A DNA stretch of 64,000 bases, from NCBI RefSeq assembly GCF_001194135.2, contig NC_069004.1, forward strand, positions 8,783,972 to 8,847,971. The letters run 5' to 3'. Each line of letters starts with the position of its first letter. Positions within the stretch are counted from its first letter, which is position 1. A program made the position numbers and the translations under genes. Below, piece by piece: positions 12,866-26,753 of this stretch. The notes under the pieces were generated by a model, which was given only the letters and a program-made list of their open reading frames with translations, searched no databases and was not told the origin of the DNA. The DNA is from Octopus bimaculoides (Eukaryota).

Positions 12866-13899
12866 ATATAGGGTCATACTTGCGCCTATAAATAAAAATG
12901 ATAAAAATCCTGATCGTTTTCTCTCTCATTTTGTCTTTGGTGCTCCATATAGAACTTAAAACCAATCTTTTGGCATCTTTTGAAGGCATTTTGGAACATA
13001 GCAGGATGAATAATGATGTTTGAGGTTTCAGTTTGGCAAAGAGGGGTGTAGTTTAAGTACCAGATTTAATATAAAAAAGCCCCCCCCCCAAAAAAAAAGA
13101 AAAGAAAAAGCCCAAAAACAAACAAACAAACACAAAAGAAAAAGCCCCTGAAGTACTGGGGTCGATTTGTTTGACTAATACCCTTCAAAGCTGTGCTCCA
13201 GCATGGCAACAGAGTAATGACTGAAACAAGTAAAAGATAGTAAACCGGTCAATGACATTACTATACAGACTAACTATAACTATTATATATTATAACTGTA
13301 ATTTATGTGTCAGATTACAGTTGAAGTGACATTAATATAAAAGAAAAGGAAGAAGGAAAGAAAGCGAAAAAGCAGGAAAGAAAAAAAGGAAATAAAGAAC
13401 GAAAGAAGGCAAGAAAGAAAAGAGAGAAGTAAAACAGACTAACTCGAACAGTTTTTTCATTGATATATCCATTACATTATGACATTGACTTTTACTAATC
13501 CATTGAGATTTTTGGGAGCTGTTTTGGTGTTAAGAAAACAGAATCAGCTTACGGTTATTGACAAGATTAGTCGTTAGTCATTAGTCTTTTGACACATCGT
13601 CTGATTTCTTCACTGAGGATTTTGATGTTCAGGATTCCAGAAAAACCTTCTGTTACAAAGATAGGTAGTTGGTAAGAGAACCAAAAGACCAGAATTTTCC
13701 AAGCGGTCGCCGGGTGTAACCACCTGGTAAACATACATCTGCGAGGATACATTTACACATGATGTTTCGCTTCTTTGCGTTTAAGGGGCATTGGTTAATA
13801 ACCTATTCAATTCAGTTCCCAGAATAAAGTTGTCTCTTTGCATAACCCAAAACCCAAGAATGCCTAAATTGTCAGTCTTAGTTTCAGTTCCTCCTGTAC

Positions 13900-14260
13900 T
13901 CTCTCGAAAACATTGGGCAGCAACTTGATACCACTGGTTAAGGCTGGCTGCAGGTTTCTCAGTGTCCGGACATGTGATGTTAGCATTTTTCATGTCTAGT
14001 GTCCATTTGAAAACTGCTTTAGAATAGCGTTGTTTTGGTAGGGAGAGTATATGATCCATTAGGCCTAATCTTCGTTCCGTTATGATGACGCTCTCTTTAG
14101 AATATCTTCATTGGTTAAATGGTCTTACCAGTTCGTTCACAGAATCCTTTTCAAGTAATTTTAGCAGCATTTTTTCCCATTTTTTATCGGTAAGCTTCCA
14201 CGTCTCACTGCATAGAGAATTGTTGGTAGAATTGTGTTCTAATTGAGCCAGAGCTTTGTT
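13900..14260 (-). pseudogene. RTE-clade LINE reverse transcriptase C-terminal remnant
   Basis: Frameshifted minus-strand reading TKLWLN*NTILPTILYA / SETWKLTDKK / TNEDILKRA / ERRLGLMDHILSLPKQRYSKAVFKW matches the RTE pattern TKLRLY..vlp.LLYgsETW...tNeevl.ra...rrLrw.GHvlR...r.pk.vl.W. Confidence 0.8.
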
Positions 14261-14609
14261 TGTAACCCGACGATGCTGGAAGACCATATAGTGCACATCT
14301 ACTAAAGTACGTCCGCGGTTTTGCCATTTCTATGGTTGACCAGTGAGCACTGGAGTCGATGTAATCGACTTAAATACTCTTGGGTATGAGTATAAAAAAA
14401 AAGAACTGCACCCATCAGCCAAGCCATGTCGACCCAGTGTGGTAGAGTAGGCTCATGAAACTAGTATTATCTCAGCTCAAATTCACGGCTTACACATCGA
14501 ACGGCGGCTGGTGGACAGAACATGCTGAGGTCCTCGTTCGGTAGTGAACTGAACACGAGCAAACCAATACAATTCCTACACACACACACACACACACACA
14601 CGCGCGCGC

Positions 14610-14820
14610 GCGTTGCGTTTGTCTTTGAGCCCCCTCCACACTACTTGATAACAATTGTTGGTTTGCTTACGTCCCTTATCAGTTCAGTCTTAGACACCCA
14701 AGGAATAGGCACCGCACTTAAGATAAGTACTGGGGCCGATTTCTTCGATTAAGCTTACAAGTCCGTGCTCCAGCATGGTCGCCGTCCAACGACTAAAACA
14801 AATAAAGGAATAAAAGAGAA
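14610..14820 (+). mobile_element. SINE family C 3' tail fragment
   Basis: ...AAGTACTGGGGCCGAT...GTGCTCCAGCATGGTCGC...AAAACAAATAAAGG following a (CA)n(CG)n tract. Confidence 0.65.
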
Positions 14821-15054
14821 AAACATAGACTATTAATTGGCTGCTGTTTGAGACGTCAGCTGATTAATCGCGTTGGCTGCTGAGTTTTGTAGGCCTATGC
14901 TTAATATCACGCTGATACATTAGACTGATATTTCCTGACTCATGTCCTTAATTTTCTGGCGTACTTCGTCATAGGATAGTAGCACTAGACTTAATTGCTT
15001 CATGGCATATTTAACTGGCATAATTTTGGCCATCTCCAACGCATGGGACTACAC

Positions 15055-15262
15055 TGTGTGTGTGTGTGTGTTTTAGTCACCCTCGCCCCAACGCTTGACA
15101 ACTGGTGTGTGTTTATGTCCTCGCAACATAGTAAAAGAGACCGATAGTATAATAACCAGACGTAAAAATAAGTACCGAGGTTGACCTGTTCGAGTAAAAT
15201 CCTTGAAAGTAATGCTCCAGCATGGCCGCAGTTCAGTGATTGAAAGAAGTAAAAGATAAATA
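15055..15262 (+). mobile_element. SINE family C 3' tail fragment
   Basis: (TG)n then CGCTTGACAAC...AATAAGTACC...ATGCTCCAGCATGGCCGCAGTTC...AAGTAAAAGATA. Confidence 0.7.
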
Positions 15263-15879
15263 AAACGTCAAATTATAAATACGAAAATAAATTTTTGGAC
15301 AAAATCATTCACATCGATTTTATTACAATGATGATACACTGATGTAATGATTAAATGTGAACGAGTGGTGCTGAAGAGCACCACCAATGCCTTTATCGAT
15401 CTTGAAGTTGTAAGAATAAGGCGGGAAATCTACAAAAATGGATGAGCACAACTTTAATCACACCAGTAAATCAACTGACATGACACTGAGGAGCATTTTG
15501 GTCACCTCTTAGCGAATATTGTTCTTAGGTCTACTCTGACCTGGATTAATAGTACCTTTCAGGGTTCCAGCTATGACTTAATAGCCATGTCACTGAATTT
15601 CCCCTGGAAGTAGGTCACTCACAGACGCCCCAAGTCACCCTCAACGAACCTAGGGTAGATGATGTCTTTCAGCTCCTTAGCTGCTCATCCGAGAGAAGGT
15701 AACGCCATACAAATCCTGCATTCTGATAACTACTAGGCTTATGGCACATGCTGCACCAGGCCATTACAAGTTCGAAGCATAAAAGAGCGGGACGAGATCT
15801 GCACAAATCATGCCTACTGTAATAACGGTTACAAATTTTGGCATAAGGCCAGCAGTTGTGGGGGAAGTTGCAAGTTTAT

Positions 15880-16043
15880 AACATTGACTCCAGTGTTCAA
15901 ACGGTACATATGCTTTTGATTCTGAAAGGATAAAAGGCAAAGTCGACCCCGGCGGCATTTGAACTCATAATATAAAACTGGAATAAATGCCGCTAAGCAT
16001 TTTTAACGGCGGGGTAACGATCCTGCCAACTCCCCTCCTTAAC
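15880..16043 (-). mobile_element. SINE family B, diverged
   Basis: Reverse complement of the B head and core: AAAGGCAAAGTCGACCCCGGCGGCATTTGAACTC...CCGCTAAGCAT...CCTGCCAACTCCCCTCCTT. Confidence 0.75.
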
Positions 16044-17541
16044 ACCCACTGTGATAATTATATTCCTCACGCAGATTGTTTAGAGCAAAACCAAGACCCA
16101 AGCGCAATTTTTCATTAATTTTAAATAAGAATATTGCAGCTGTGTCCTGGTGAACCCCCAGATGTAGAAATATCGTACAAGTTTCTTAAGCATCATTTAT
16201 TCAGAAGAATTATCATATGCTATAATGGAATGTGTTATAAACAAGAGATTGTATCCCATACTGCCAGGCTTTAATTCCCATACCCACCAAAGGGTATGTA
16301 TGCCCCGGGTTAACGACCAATGGCTTTAATTCTCATGCCCCCAAAGGGTACGTATACCCCAGTTTAAGAACCTCTGACTTAGTGCCTCCAAAGTTGGCTC
16401 GTGGTTGAAAGAGATTTTCAGTCTTTGGTAGCATTCTTTCTTTCTTTCATTCTTTCTTTCTATTTTTTTGTTTTTGTTTGATACAACTAGAACCCAAATA
16501 ATTATAGGTTGCGTCATTAGTTACCCCTAATTAACGTCATGTTAAATGTTTAGGTTCTTCAGATGCCTACTGTTTGGATAGCGCCTTCCTCAATTCCTCT
16601 TCGTCACATTACCACCACCACCATCATCATCATCATCTTCGTCAGAAGCAGCAGCATCACCACCAATACCACTACCACCTCTACCACGACTATCATCACC
16701 ACTACCACCACCGATGCAACACTTTTTTTTCATAGTATGGCATATCAATCATCCAACAAGCCATGCTCTTGTGTCTTTGATGATTATGTCAGGCAGGTTA
16801 TCAACTATTTTTCTCCACGCAAAATATTTCATCGTCTTTAGAGAATTCTTTATTTTTAGATGCATTTTTTTCATTGTGGGAAACGTTAGCGCAGCCGTTT
16901 ATTTGAAGTGAGAATCTTCTATGGTCTTATATTTATATATTTTCCAGATTAAATTACTTATCACCGCAGAATTGAGCTTGTTCCTACGAAGTCATTTGAC
17001 ATGCTAGAAATATCAACGAATCGCTTCCGTTAATTTATAAACTATTATGTGTGCATTTGGTCCTCAGGCTGATGGAAACATGGCATAACTAGGGAAATGG
17101 ATCTATGCGTCGTCTCTCGCCGTTCGGTCGATCACTTGCAGTAATGTGACACAATCAGGCCAGCCCTGATCGCTTACATAACACTGCACAATCGGAGAGT
17201 TGGGCTAGATTGCCACAACAATACACTAATATTCTGTTTTACTAGTCACAATATATTATTGTACTAAAATAATACTAAATATTGCACTATAATATTGCTC
17301 AGAGTTGCATGTACGCTAATAATGTTCAGTAAATTCTGTTTCACAGGGTCGATATGTGAATAGTGGTGGTATTAAAGACGAAAGTCACACGGCAAATATA
17401 TTTTAAGAGATAAATATAGGAGACTGTATGATAGACAAGGAGACAGAGAGATAGATTGTGATATCGGCAAATTAAGAGAGAGAGAAATAGAGAGAGAGAG
17501 AACATGTAAGATATATATTCCTGTATGTGTGTACGTATGTA

Positions 17542-17585
<44 letters not shown>

Positions 17586-17897
17586 NNNNNNNNNNNNNNN
17601 NNNNNNNNNNNNNNNNNNNNNNNNNNNNNNNNNNNNNNNNNNNNNNNNNNNNNNNNNNNNNNNNNNNNNNNNNNNNNNNNNNNNNNNNNNNNNNNNNNNN
17701 NNNNNNNNNNNNNNNNNNNNNNNNNNNNNNNNNNNNNNNNNNNNNNNNNNNNNNNNNNNNNNNNNNNNNNNNNNNNNNNNNNNNNNNNNNNNNNNNNNNN
17801 NNNNNNNNNNNNNNNNNNNNNNNNNNNNNNNNNNNNNNNNNNNNNNNNNNNNNNNNNNNNNNNNNNNNNNNNNNNNNNNNNNNNNNNNNNNNNNNNN

Positions 17898-17946
<49 letters not shown>

Positions 17947-18062
17947 TATGTATATGTTGAGTGAAAGTTAATTACTAATGAGTGGGCGAAAGATAGGAAG
18001 TTAGCATGGAATTTAAATAGAATTTGTGACAGATGCAGACATTACATACATACATACATATA

Positions 18063-18151
<89 letters not shown>

Positions 18152-18359
18152 ATATATAAATATACATATCATTATAGGCATGTGTATTTATGTGCATAGA
18201 TACACATGCATAATTATGTGTGTGGCTATGCATATAAATATATATACCGTACAGATTGAGTAACTTTTATATAAATGCATACATACATATTCATACATGT
18301 ATATATATATCTGCGCGCGTGTATATATATATATATATATATATATAAATACATACATA

Positions 18360-18416
<57 letters not shown>

Positions 18417-18426
18417 NNNNNNNNNN

Positions 18427-18518
<92 letters not shown>

Positions 18519-21300
18519 TCACAATATGTATATGTACAAATATATCCATATATATATACATGTATATATATATATATTTATGAATATATACTCACACACT
18601 CATACACACACAAACATGGACATATATACACACATATATATATGTTTATATATATGTATGTATCAGTGTGTGTGTCTGTGTGGAGAGAGATGAAAGATGT
18701 CTAAAACGACGAAATTCCTTCGACAAAATCTTTGGTATCACCTTCGCATTGGCAGTTGCTTCCATCTAAACTGCATCAAGTCTTTGAGACGCCAACAGAA
18801 TCAACGAGTAAATGAAGAGGTTATCAACAAATGACATCGCAAACATTGGCTCTTCAAATCTGTCACGCCATCTGACGGAAGATCTTGCCATGAATATTCT
18901 CTCTTCTCCCTTTGCCTCAATTTGCTTCTATGTGTCTCTCTTTTTCCTCCTCTACCCTCTTTCTCTCCCCTCTATCAAGCCTTGCCCTTTTCTCTTTTCC
19001 CTTCTTTATGGTGGAGTATTTACTGAGAAATACATGCTTCCCATATCAACGACACCAACAATTTACAAATAAATATACAAATTGTTTACTTTTACGGATT
19101 TGTTTTGTAATTTTTTTCAGACATTTTATCTTATATATATTTTTCTATGTATCTTCGCTATTTTACTTTAGATTTTCACTGTTTCTTACATATAATTCCA
19201 CCCACCTCTCAAATATCGTTAAATTAAATTAGTCATGATGGGAGTTAAAGTAAAAATTTAAAAGGACAAAAAGAAGAGAGTCTACAAATACAATCTCGAA
19301 ATACACAACGACAACAACTAAACAACATAGATTATGAGATTAGGTGTACAATTTTGAAGAAGCAGAAAAGATATCGTCGAAATAAAACGTTTAAATCGCC
19401 ATCCAAGTATGACACGCATGATAGCATGATTAAGAACAAAACGTTCCCTTATATTACTCTTTCTCTCTCTGTCTCTCTCTCTCTCTCTCTCTGTATATAT
19501 NNNNNNNNNNNNNNNNNNNNNNNNNNNNNNNNNNNNNNNNNNNNNNNNNNNNNNNNNNNNNNNNNNNNNNNNNNNNNNNNNNNNNNNNNNNNNNNNNNNN
19601 NNNNNNNNNNNNNNNNNNNNNNNNNNNNNNNNNNNNNNNNNNNNNNNNNNNNNNNNNNNNNNNNNNNNNNNNNNNNNNNNNNNNNNNNNNNNNNNNNNNN
19701 NNNNNNNNNNNNNNNNNNNNNNNNNNNNNNNNNNNNNNNNNNNNNNNNNNNNNNNNNNNNNNNNNNNNNNNNNNNNNNNNNNNNNNNNNNNNNNNNNNNN
19801 NNNNNNNNNNNNNNNNNNNNNNNNNNNNNNNNNNNNNNNNNNNNNNNNNNNNNNNNNNNNNNNNNNNNNNNNNNNGAAACAACAATTAGAAGGACAGGCA
19901 AAAGAGAGACGGGTCATTCTTGGCTTTCTTTCATCAGTCAAGTACCAGACGTCACGACCACTTTGGACAGCTACACTTGAGATTGTTCGATCTGGTTGTC
20001 TCTCTTCCCCACCAATCTAACCGAAGAGCAGCATTAGACCCCTTTGTAAGAAAGCTAGCGAATGTGTACGGCAACAAAGACAAAAAAAAAACAGACAAAA
20101 AAAACGGAGAACATAGTACAGAATTGCGAATACAAACAACAAGAAATAACAACAGGCGTCTTTCGACTGAGAACAATTCAAATTGAGCCGGCGTGTACGG
20201 AGTGAAAGCCTAAAGGCAGAAACATAGGAGATGGACACAAGACGTGTTGACGGTCGGCAGTCAGGCCAAGAAATAAAGATCATGGTTGGCCGGATACCGG
20301 TCACGTTGAAGGAGGAGAAATTGGTAGGGGACAGCGGGATTGAAGGATTAGAAAAAAATCAGAAAGTTCCATGTAATCACCAAGGTCAGTAGAAAGCGGT
20401 CTTTCGAGCTAAAATAAGAGGACAACTACGCTGTTGTGGCTCATACAGAAGAAGATATTCCGACACTCCTTCCAGTGGTGGGTGAGAATATACAGAAGGA
20501 TTGGGCTGATTATGAAAACCACCAACACAGTAGGTGTTAATAAAATGGGGTGCCAGTATGCCACCCACTTTACCTGAAAAAAAAAAAAAAAATTCATTCA
20601 TACATCCATACGCTGACACGCCAACGTGTAAGCACATATACACAGCACGCACACACACGCATACATATGTATATGTACATATATATATTTATATGTATAT
20701 ACATNNNNNNNNNNNNNNNNNNNNNNNNNNNNNNNNNNNNNNNNNNNNNNNNNNNNNNNNNNNNNNNNNNNNNNNNNNNNNNNNNNNNNNNNNNNNNNNN
20801 NNNNNNNNNNNNNNNNNNNNNNNNNNNNNNNNNNNNNNNNNNNNNNNNNNNNNNNNNNNNNNNNNNNNNNNNNNNNNNNNNNNNNNNNNNNNNNNNNNNN
20901 NNNNNNNNNNNNNNNNNNNNNNNNNNNNNNNNNNNNNNNNNNNNNNNNNNNNNNNNNNNNNNNNNNNNNNNNNNNNNNNNNNNNNNNNNNNNNNNNNNNN
21001 NNNNNNNNNNNNNNNNNNNNNNNNNNNNNNNNNNNNNNNNNNNNNNNNNNNNNNNNNNNNNNNNNNNNNNNNNNNNNNNNNNNNNNNNNNNNNNNNNNNN
21101 NNNNNNNNNNNNNNNNNNNNNNNNNNNNNNNNNNNNNNNNNNNNNNNNNNNNNNNNNNNNNNNNNNNNNNNNNNNNNNNNNNNNNNNNNNNNNNNNNNNN
21201 NNNNNCCGTCATCATATTCAGCATCCTCACCACCACCACCACCACCACCACTACCATCACTTCTCAGAAAGATGAAAATATGATATGGTTAATGAGGGAG

Positions 21301-21334
<34 letters not shown>

Positions 21335-21663
21335 GGAAGGAGACACAACAATAATAACAAAATAACTATAACTATAACTAATATTACAACGCCAACAATA
21401 ACAACAACAACAACAACAGTAGCAGCAGCCGCAGCAACAACAGCAACAACCTCGCAATAATTTGAAGCACATGGGTGATCTAGTGGAAGAAGTGAAACCG
21501 CATAATCCAGTAAAATCCTAAAGATGATAATCTGTTTAATCAGGCGGATTAAACAAAACTACGTTGTGTTGAGCAAGATCAAATGAATGTGTTGTGTCTC
21601 CAGGGTTGTTTTGGAGATCCTTAAGTAAAAAGGGATCACTTTCAACTTTCACAACTGTGATTA

Positions 21664-21815
21664 CAAGTGGCTGTGTGGTAAGTAGCTTGCTCACCAACCA
21701 CATGGTTCCGGGTTCAGTCTCACTGCGTGGCACCTTGGGCAAGTGTCTCGGGCCGGCCAAAGCCTTGTGAGTGGATTTGGTAGACGGAAACTGAAAGAAG
21801 CTCGTCGTATATATG
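21664..21815 (+). mobile_element. SINE family C head and core, tail lost in gap
   Basis: GTGGCTGTGTGGTAAGTAGC...CACCTTGGGCAAGTG...GGAAACTGAAAGAAGCTCGTCGTATAT followed by N-gap. Confidence 0.85.
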
Positions 21816-21951
21816 TATATNNNNNNNNNNNNNNNNNNNNNNNNNNNNNNNNNNNNNNNNNNNNNNNNNNNNNNNNNNNNNNNNNNNNNNNNNNNNNNNN
21901 NNNNNNNNNNNNNNNNNNNNNNNNNNNNNNNNNNNNNNNNNNNNNNNNNNN

Positions 21952-21985
<34 letters not shown>

Positions 21986-22139
21986 GTGTGTGTATATGTT
22001 TCTGTGTTTGTGTTTGTCAGAGAGAGAGAGAAAACCATCGAACGCATGGACACTATAGGGACACTTCAGTTCATCCAACGGGTTCAAAATGCTGTCGATG
22101 TTAACCCCATAAATTAATAAGGATTATCGTAAAAAAAAC

Positions 22140-22860
22140 TTCAGATATCGGAGTGGATTATCAGAAATGTGGTGCACGAGGACATCTAATATAAGTTCAC
22201 GTCTGCAAAGTCACACGAAACCCATTTGATTCGTGCCATACGGTTACTTAATTAGGTCAAAAATTCTCACGAACATGGCGTGATTTGGCATTTCTCTCTT
22301 GAGAAAAACTCCGACAAAGGCCAAAAGTCTAACAGAAGAAATGACAGATGGTTGTGAGCAGATCTTTCTGATTTCATCAACGTGATGCACACTAGTTTCC
22401 AGCAATTGTGATGGTTTTCGGAGTGGTGAGTAACGAATTCATGTTACGCTACCTCATATCTTTCATACTGCTGAATGCGTTGAGGTTCTGGAAGTAGTTG
22501 TTAAGCGCTGGATGGATGAAATACGCAGTGAGAAACCATAAGTGTTTTAACAAGGTTCATCATCTCTCAAAGCCCACATAACTCAAGAATAACTTTTACG
22601 ATCGCGTAACACCAAACGTGTGGTTTACCAGATTTAAATCCTATGGACTCCAACAACGTTTCGATCGTAGTTGAAAGGGAAGCAAATTAAAATCCTCACA
22701 ATACCAAAGCTTCATTGAAGGCTGTCCAGGTGATGTTCGACACGAATAAGGATCACTTAGTGCAGGCCTGTCCATGATTCCGGCCCGTGTTAAAACAGTT
22801 TCAGCTAAAGGTGGATTCATGAAATAAAGTTTACTGAGAATCTGAGCGAACATTATTTTA
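22140..22860 (+). pseudogene. maT/DD37D (Bmmar1-like) transposase remnant
   Basis: Decayed reading HLIRAIRLLN*VKNSHEHGVIWHFSLEKNSDKGQKSNRRNDRWL...VMHTSFPAIVMVFGVVSNE...PDLNPMDS; homologous to the 62 kb element. Confidence 0.8.
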
Positions 22861-23554
22861 AAAATATATTTGCCATTTTGTTGGATTGGAGTTGTTTTAT
22901 TAAATTATCAGATATGTCCCCAAACACCTCTCGCATCCTGTATACACATGTGCGTGGATGTGTATGTATGTAGATATATAGCTTTAGTAACATATATTCG
23001 CATACATAGTGTAAGATGTGTGTGTGTGTGTGTAGTTAAGTGTATTTATATATCTATGTGTATGTGTGTATATGTGTCTATGAATGTGGAAATTGTTGTT
23101 GCGTGTGAGGTTTAAAAGCAATAAACAAATGAAAATAAGAATTTCAGATGTTAACGAGATATTTGTGCCAAGAAATTGAAAACAAACATCACGCACGCAC
23201 ACACACGCACACACACACACATTCAAACATCCTACATACATGCATACACACCTACATGCACATACACACATACAAACAAATACACATGTACCCACACGCA
23301 TACTTATGTATATATTTCATAAAGTAATTTTCTAAGTGGAAATATTTACAAATCTATCACGTGATTAAATGTGTGTGTGTGTGTGTGTGCGTGGAATGGA
23401 CTCAGCACGCTTCTGGCATATGTAATGCAATAATGTTTTGAGCACTTTTAGGTTTTCACAATGAAACATAAATATATATGTATACAACTACCAACCTACC
23501 AACCTACCAACCTACCTACCCCCCACACATATATGGCAGAGGTGAGGGCGCCTT

Positions 23555-23765
23555 TGGTCCTCTGTTTCTCTCCCACCATCGCTTGACAACCCGTGTTGGC
23601 GTATTTACGTCCCCGTAATATATCAGTTCGGCAAAATAAAATAGAAAGATAGAACCAAGTACCAGGCTTAAAAAAAATACTGGGGCCGATTCATTCGACT
23701 AAAAATTCTTCAGTACTATGCTCCAGTAGGGCCGCAGTGTGGCAATCGAAAAGAGTAAACGTTAA
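23555..23765 (+). mobile_element. SINE family C 3' tail fragment
   Basis: CATCGCTTGACAACC...GTACCAGGCTTAAAA...TACTGGGGCCGATTCATTCGACTAAA...GCTCCAGTAGGGCCGCAG. Confidence 0.7.
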
Positions 23766-23984
23766 AAGGAAGACATAGCGTGTATAAACGTACAGTTAGA
23801 CATATATACGCAAATAGATGTTTCGCCCCCCTCTCTCTATATGTGTGTGTCTGTGTGTGTGTGTGTGTGTGTGTGTATGTCTGCGTGAAATATAGGAAGT
23901 ACGAGGAAACATCAAATAATTTTAACGTCTGAATCTACATGGAGATGAATAAAAGCATGTAATATATTAGGATAAAGATAATAA

Positions 23985-24590
23985 AAATGTTCTTCACAGT
24001 GGTTGGACCAAAATGAAGCACCGAAAACCTTCCCTGAACCCGAGCTCTTCAAAAACAAGGCTACGGTGACTGTTTGGTGGTGTACTGCCGGAGTCATCCA
24101 GTATAACTTCTTAAAATTCGTAAAAACCATTAATGCAGAAACATAATGCTATGAAATTGCCAAAATGAACGAAAAACTGCTACTTCTCCGTTACCAGACT
24201 GGTCAACAGAAGAGAGCCAATCATTCCTCAGGACAATGCTCGACCACACATTTCACTAATGACACTCCAGAAGTTGAGGGAACTTGGCTACGAAGTTCTT
24301 TCCCACCCAGTTTATTCCCAAGACTTTCTCCTACCGACTACCAGTTTTTCAAGATTTCATGCGAGAGAAGGAGTTCAAAGATCAAACTGATGCTGAAAGT
24401 GCGTTCAAAGAGTTCATCAGCACCAGAACTCCAGATTTTTATGTTACCGGAATAAACGAAATTGTAACTCGTTGGCAAAAATGTGTTGATTGTAACGGAA
24501 CTTACTTTGATGAATAAAACATCCGCATTGTTGAAATATATTGTGATGAATTTTATGTTTCAAAACGTTGCTTACATTTTACTCAGCCTA

Positions 24591-24592
<2 letters not shown>
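23985..24592 (+). pseudogene. mariner transposase remnant, Hsmar1/cecropia-like, with decayed right TIR
   Basis: QWLDQNEAPKTFPEP...VTVWWCTAGVIQYNFL...QDNARPH...FSPTDYQFF...TGINEIVTRWQKCVDCNGTYFDE*; the C-terminus closely resembles Hsmar1-type RWQKCVDCNGSYFD; ends ...CAGCCTAATA. Confidence 0.9.
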
Positions 24593-24622
<30 letters not shown>

Positions 24623-25289
24623 GTATNNNNNNNNNNNNNNNNNNNNNNNNNNNNNNNNNNNNNNNNNNNNNNNNNNNNNNNNNNNNNNNNNNNNNNNNNN
24701 NNNNNNNNNNNNNNNNNNNNNNNNNNNNNNNNNNNNNNNNNNNNNNNNNNNNNNNNNNNNNNNNNNNNNNNNNNNNNNNNNNNNNNNNNNNNNNNNNNNN
24801 NNNNNNNNNNNNNNNNNNNNNNNNNNNNNNNNNNNNNNNNNNNNNNNNNNNNNNNNNNNNNNNNNNNNNNNNNNNNNNNNATATATATATATATATATCC
24901 AATGGACCAGTCACTGGATAAGTTTGGCACAGAAATGTTAACATAGAGTGGTGAATAAATCGATATATCGAATTTGAAGTCTCTGTCTCTTTTGAATATG
25001 AAAATTTAAAAGTTTAAAAACCTTATGATATATATATATATATATATTTGTATATTCACGGAAGCTTTTATATGTGTATGTGTTTATATACATATATGCG
25101 GGATTATGTGTGTGTATGATACGCTTCCGAACGGGGATCATTTCTCAATCAGTCAGCCGTACGAGTCAGCAGCTTGGAAGGTTATAAAATGACGCTTTCT
25201 TGCGTCGACGACATAGATTATAGATTTTTGGTTGTGATTTTTTCTACGCATCAGGGAAATACAAAAAAAACTCTTTTGAAATACCCAAG

Positions 25290-25700
25290 GGAGAATTTGT
25301 GCGTGTGCCGGTATGTCAAAATTAATCCTTTTGTAAGCTGAGGCAGGGTGTATGATGTAGTGTTTTCCTGTAGAAAAGAAGATGCATGACTGAACAGTTA
25401 TTAAAGGTTTGTATCCTACTTAATACTGCCCGTAAATTATGGTAAATTTTACATTGACTCTCAATTTCCAAATTTACCCTGAAAATAATGTGTTTTCCAG
25501 AAGTTTGCGGAACGATCTACTGTGTTGGTTCGAGGAACCTTTAAAGTATGCCCTATAAGCATTTTGTAGCTTGATGTTGCGTTGCTGATGAAGATATCAA
25601 CCCGGTATGCAAAGTCTTTTTCCTCCTGTGATTTCGAAATTGCGTAGTGGATACCTTTTGCTGTATATTTAATTACAATATTTTCGCATTTTAGCATTAG
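25290..25700 (-). pseudogene. possible RTE-type LINE RT remnant, highly decayed
   Basis: Minus-strand pieces EKDFAYRVDIFISNAT, LEIESQCKIYHNLRAVLS and LLFYRKTLHHTPCL loosely follow the RTE order F.YLGS.IS / l.tK.kvYravvls / LY.r.i..l..fh.rCL. Confidence 0.4.
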
Positions 25701-25818
25701 GAATATTTTCCCTGCAGCAGCTCACCTTAAAGTTGGTTTTGTTATAAATATTATGGAATTTAAGCACGTTCTTCATCTGACCATCATCTTTTCGTATCGT
25801 TGCAACGTTATTTTGAGG

Positions 25819-26131
25819 CAGGGGTTCCCAACCGTTTTTTTAATGAACCCCTTTTTGATTCTTATTTTATTTGGGTGGACCCCCTTAGCCATTTGATCTT
25901 TTAAAAATATCCTATTGTATTTTTATAATTAAATATTATTAGGACTTGTATAAAAATTGTTAAAATATTTTGTATATTGTGGTCATATAACCAATTTACT
26001 GTACATAAGCTTTACTGCTCTGAAGTGCAATTTTTCATGACCACTGAAAAAATTTTATAGGGCGCCCAATTTATTATATTGCATCCATAGACCCACAAAA
26101 ATCTTTTATAGACCCCGGTTGAGAACCCCTG
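25819..26131. mobile_element. hAT-type MITE
   Basis: TIRs CAGGGGTTCCCAACC and GGTTGAGAACCCCTG; flanking 8-mers TTTTGAGG and CTTTGCGG (6/8) fit a decayed 8-bp TSD. Confidence 0.85.
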
Positions 26132-26521
26132 CTTTGCGGGAAAGCAGTTTATTGATTGTGAAGAGGTTAAAAAAATAATATCGAGTGTTTCTTTGAATCG
26201 AAATCTGAAGGATTTTACGCTCTAGAGATGAACATTTTGCTAAGTAGATGGGATTATGCTATCAATAATGAAGGGACTTATTATCTTGATTGAATAAATT
26301 AATTAAGACCAAAGAAGTTTTTTTTTCTTCTCATCTTCATATGCGACAGGACTTTCCAACTTTTGATCTATTACTGCAACCACCACGGAGTTGAGTCATT
26401 AGCACCAACACCACGATCAGTACCAGCACCACCATAATCAACACCATCACCATCATCATCACCAACATCCCTACTATCATCACAACCGTAAGCACCATCA
26501 CGTCTATCCATCTATCTATCT

Positions 26522-26753
26522 TATTTCTTTACTTCCCACAAGGGGCTACACACAGAGGGGACAAACAAGGGCAGGCAAAGGGATTAACTCGATTACATCG
26601 ACCCAGTGTGTAACTGGTACTTAATTTATCCACCCCGAAAGGATGAAAGGCAAAGTCGACTTCGGCGGAATTTGAACTCAGAACGTAAAGACAGACGAAA
26701 TACCGCTAAGCATTTCGCCCGGCGTGCTAACGTTTCTGCCAGCTCGCCGTCTT
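26522..26753 (-). mobile_element. SINE family B monomer with long tail
   Basis: Complete reverse complement of head, core and the ...CCCCTTGTGGGAAGTAAAGAAATA tail. Confidence 0.9.

Noticed and set aside
20231-20395. Short plus-strand ORF MDTRRVDG...IKIMVGRIPVTLKEEKLV, vaguely like a LINE ORF1 fragment
   Set aside because: Resemblance rests on memory only; too short and no diagnostic motif.
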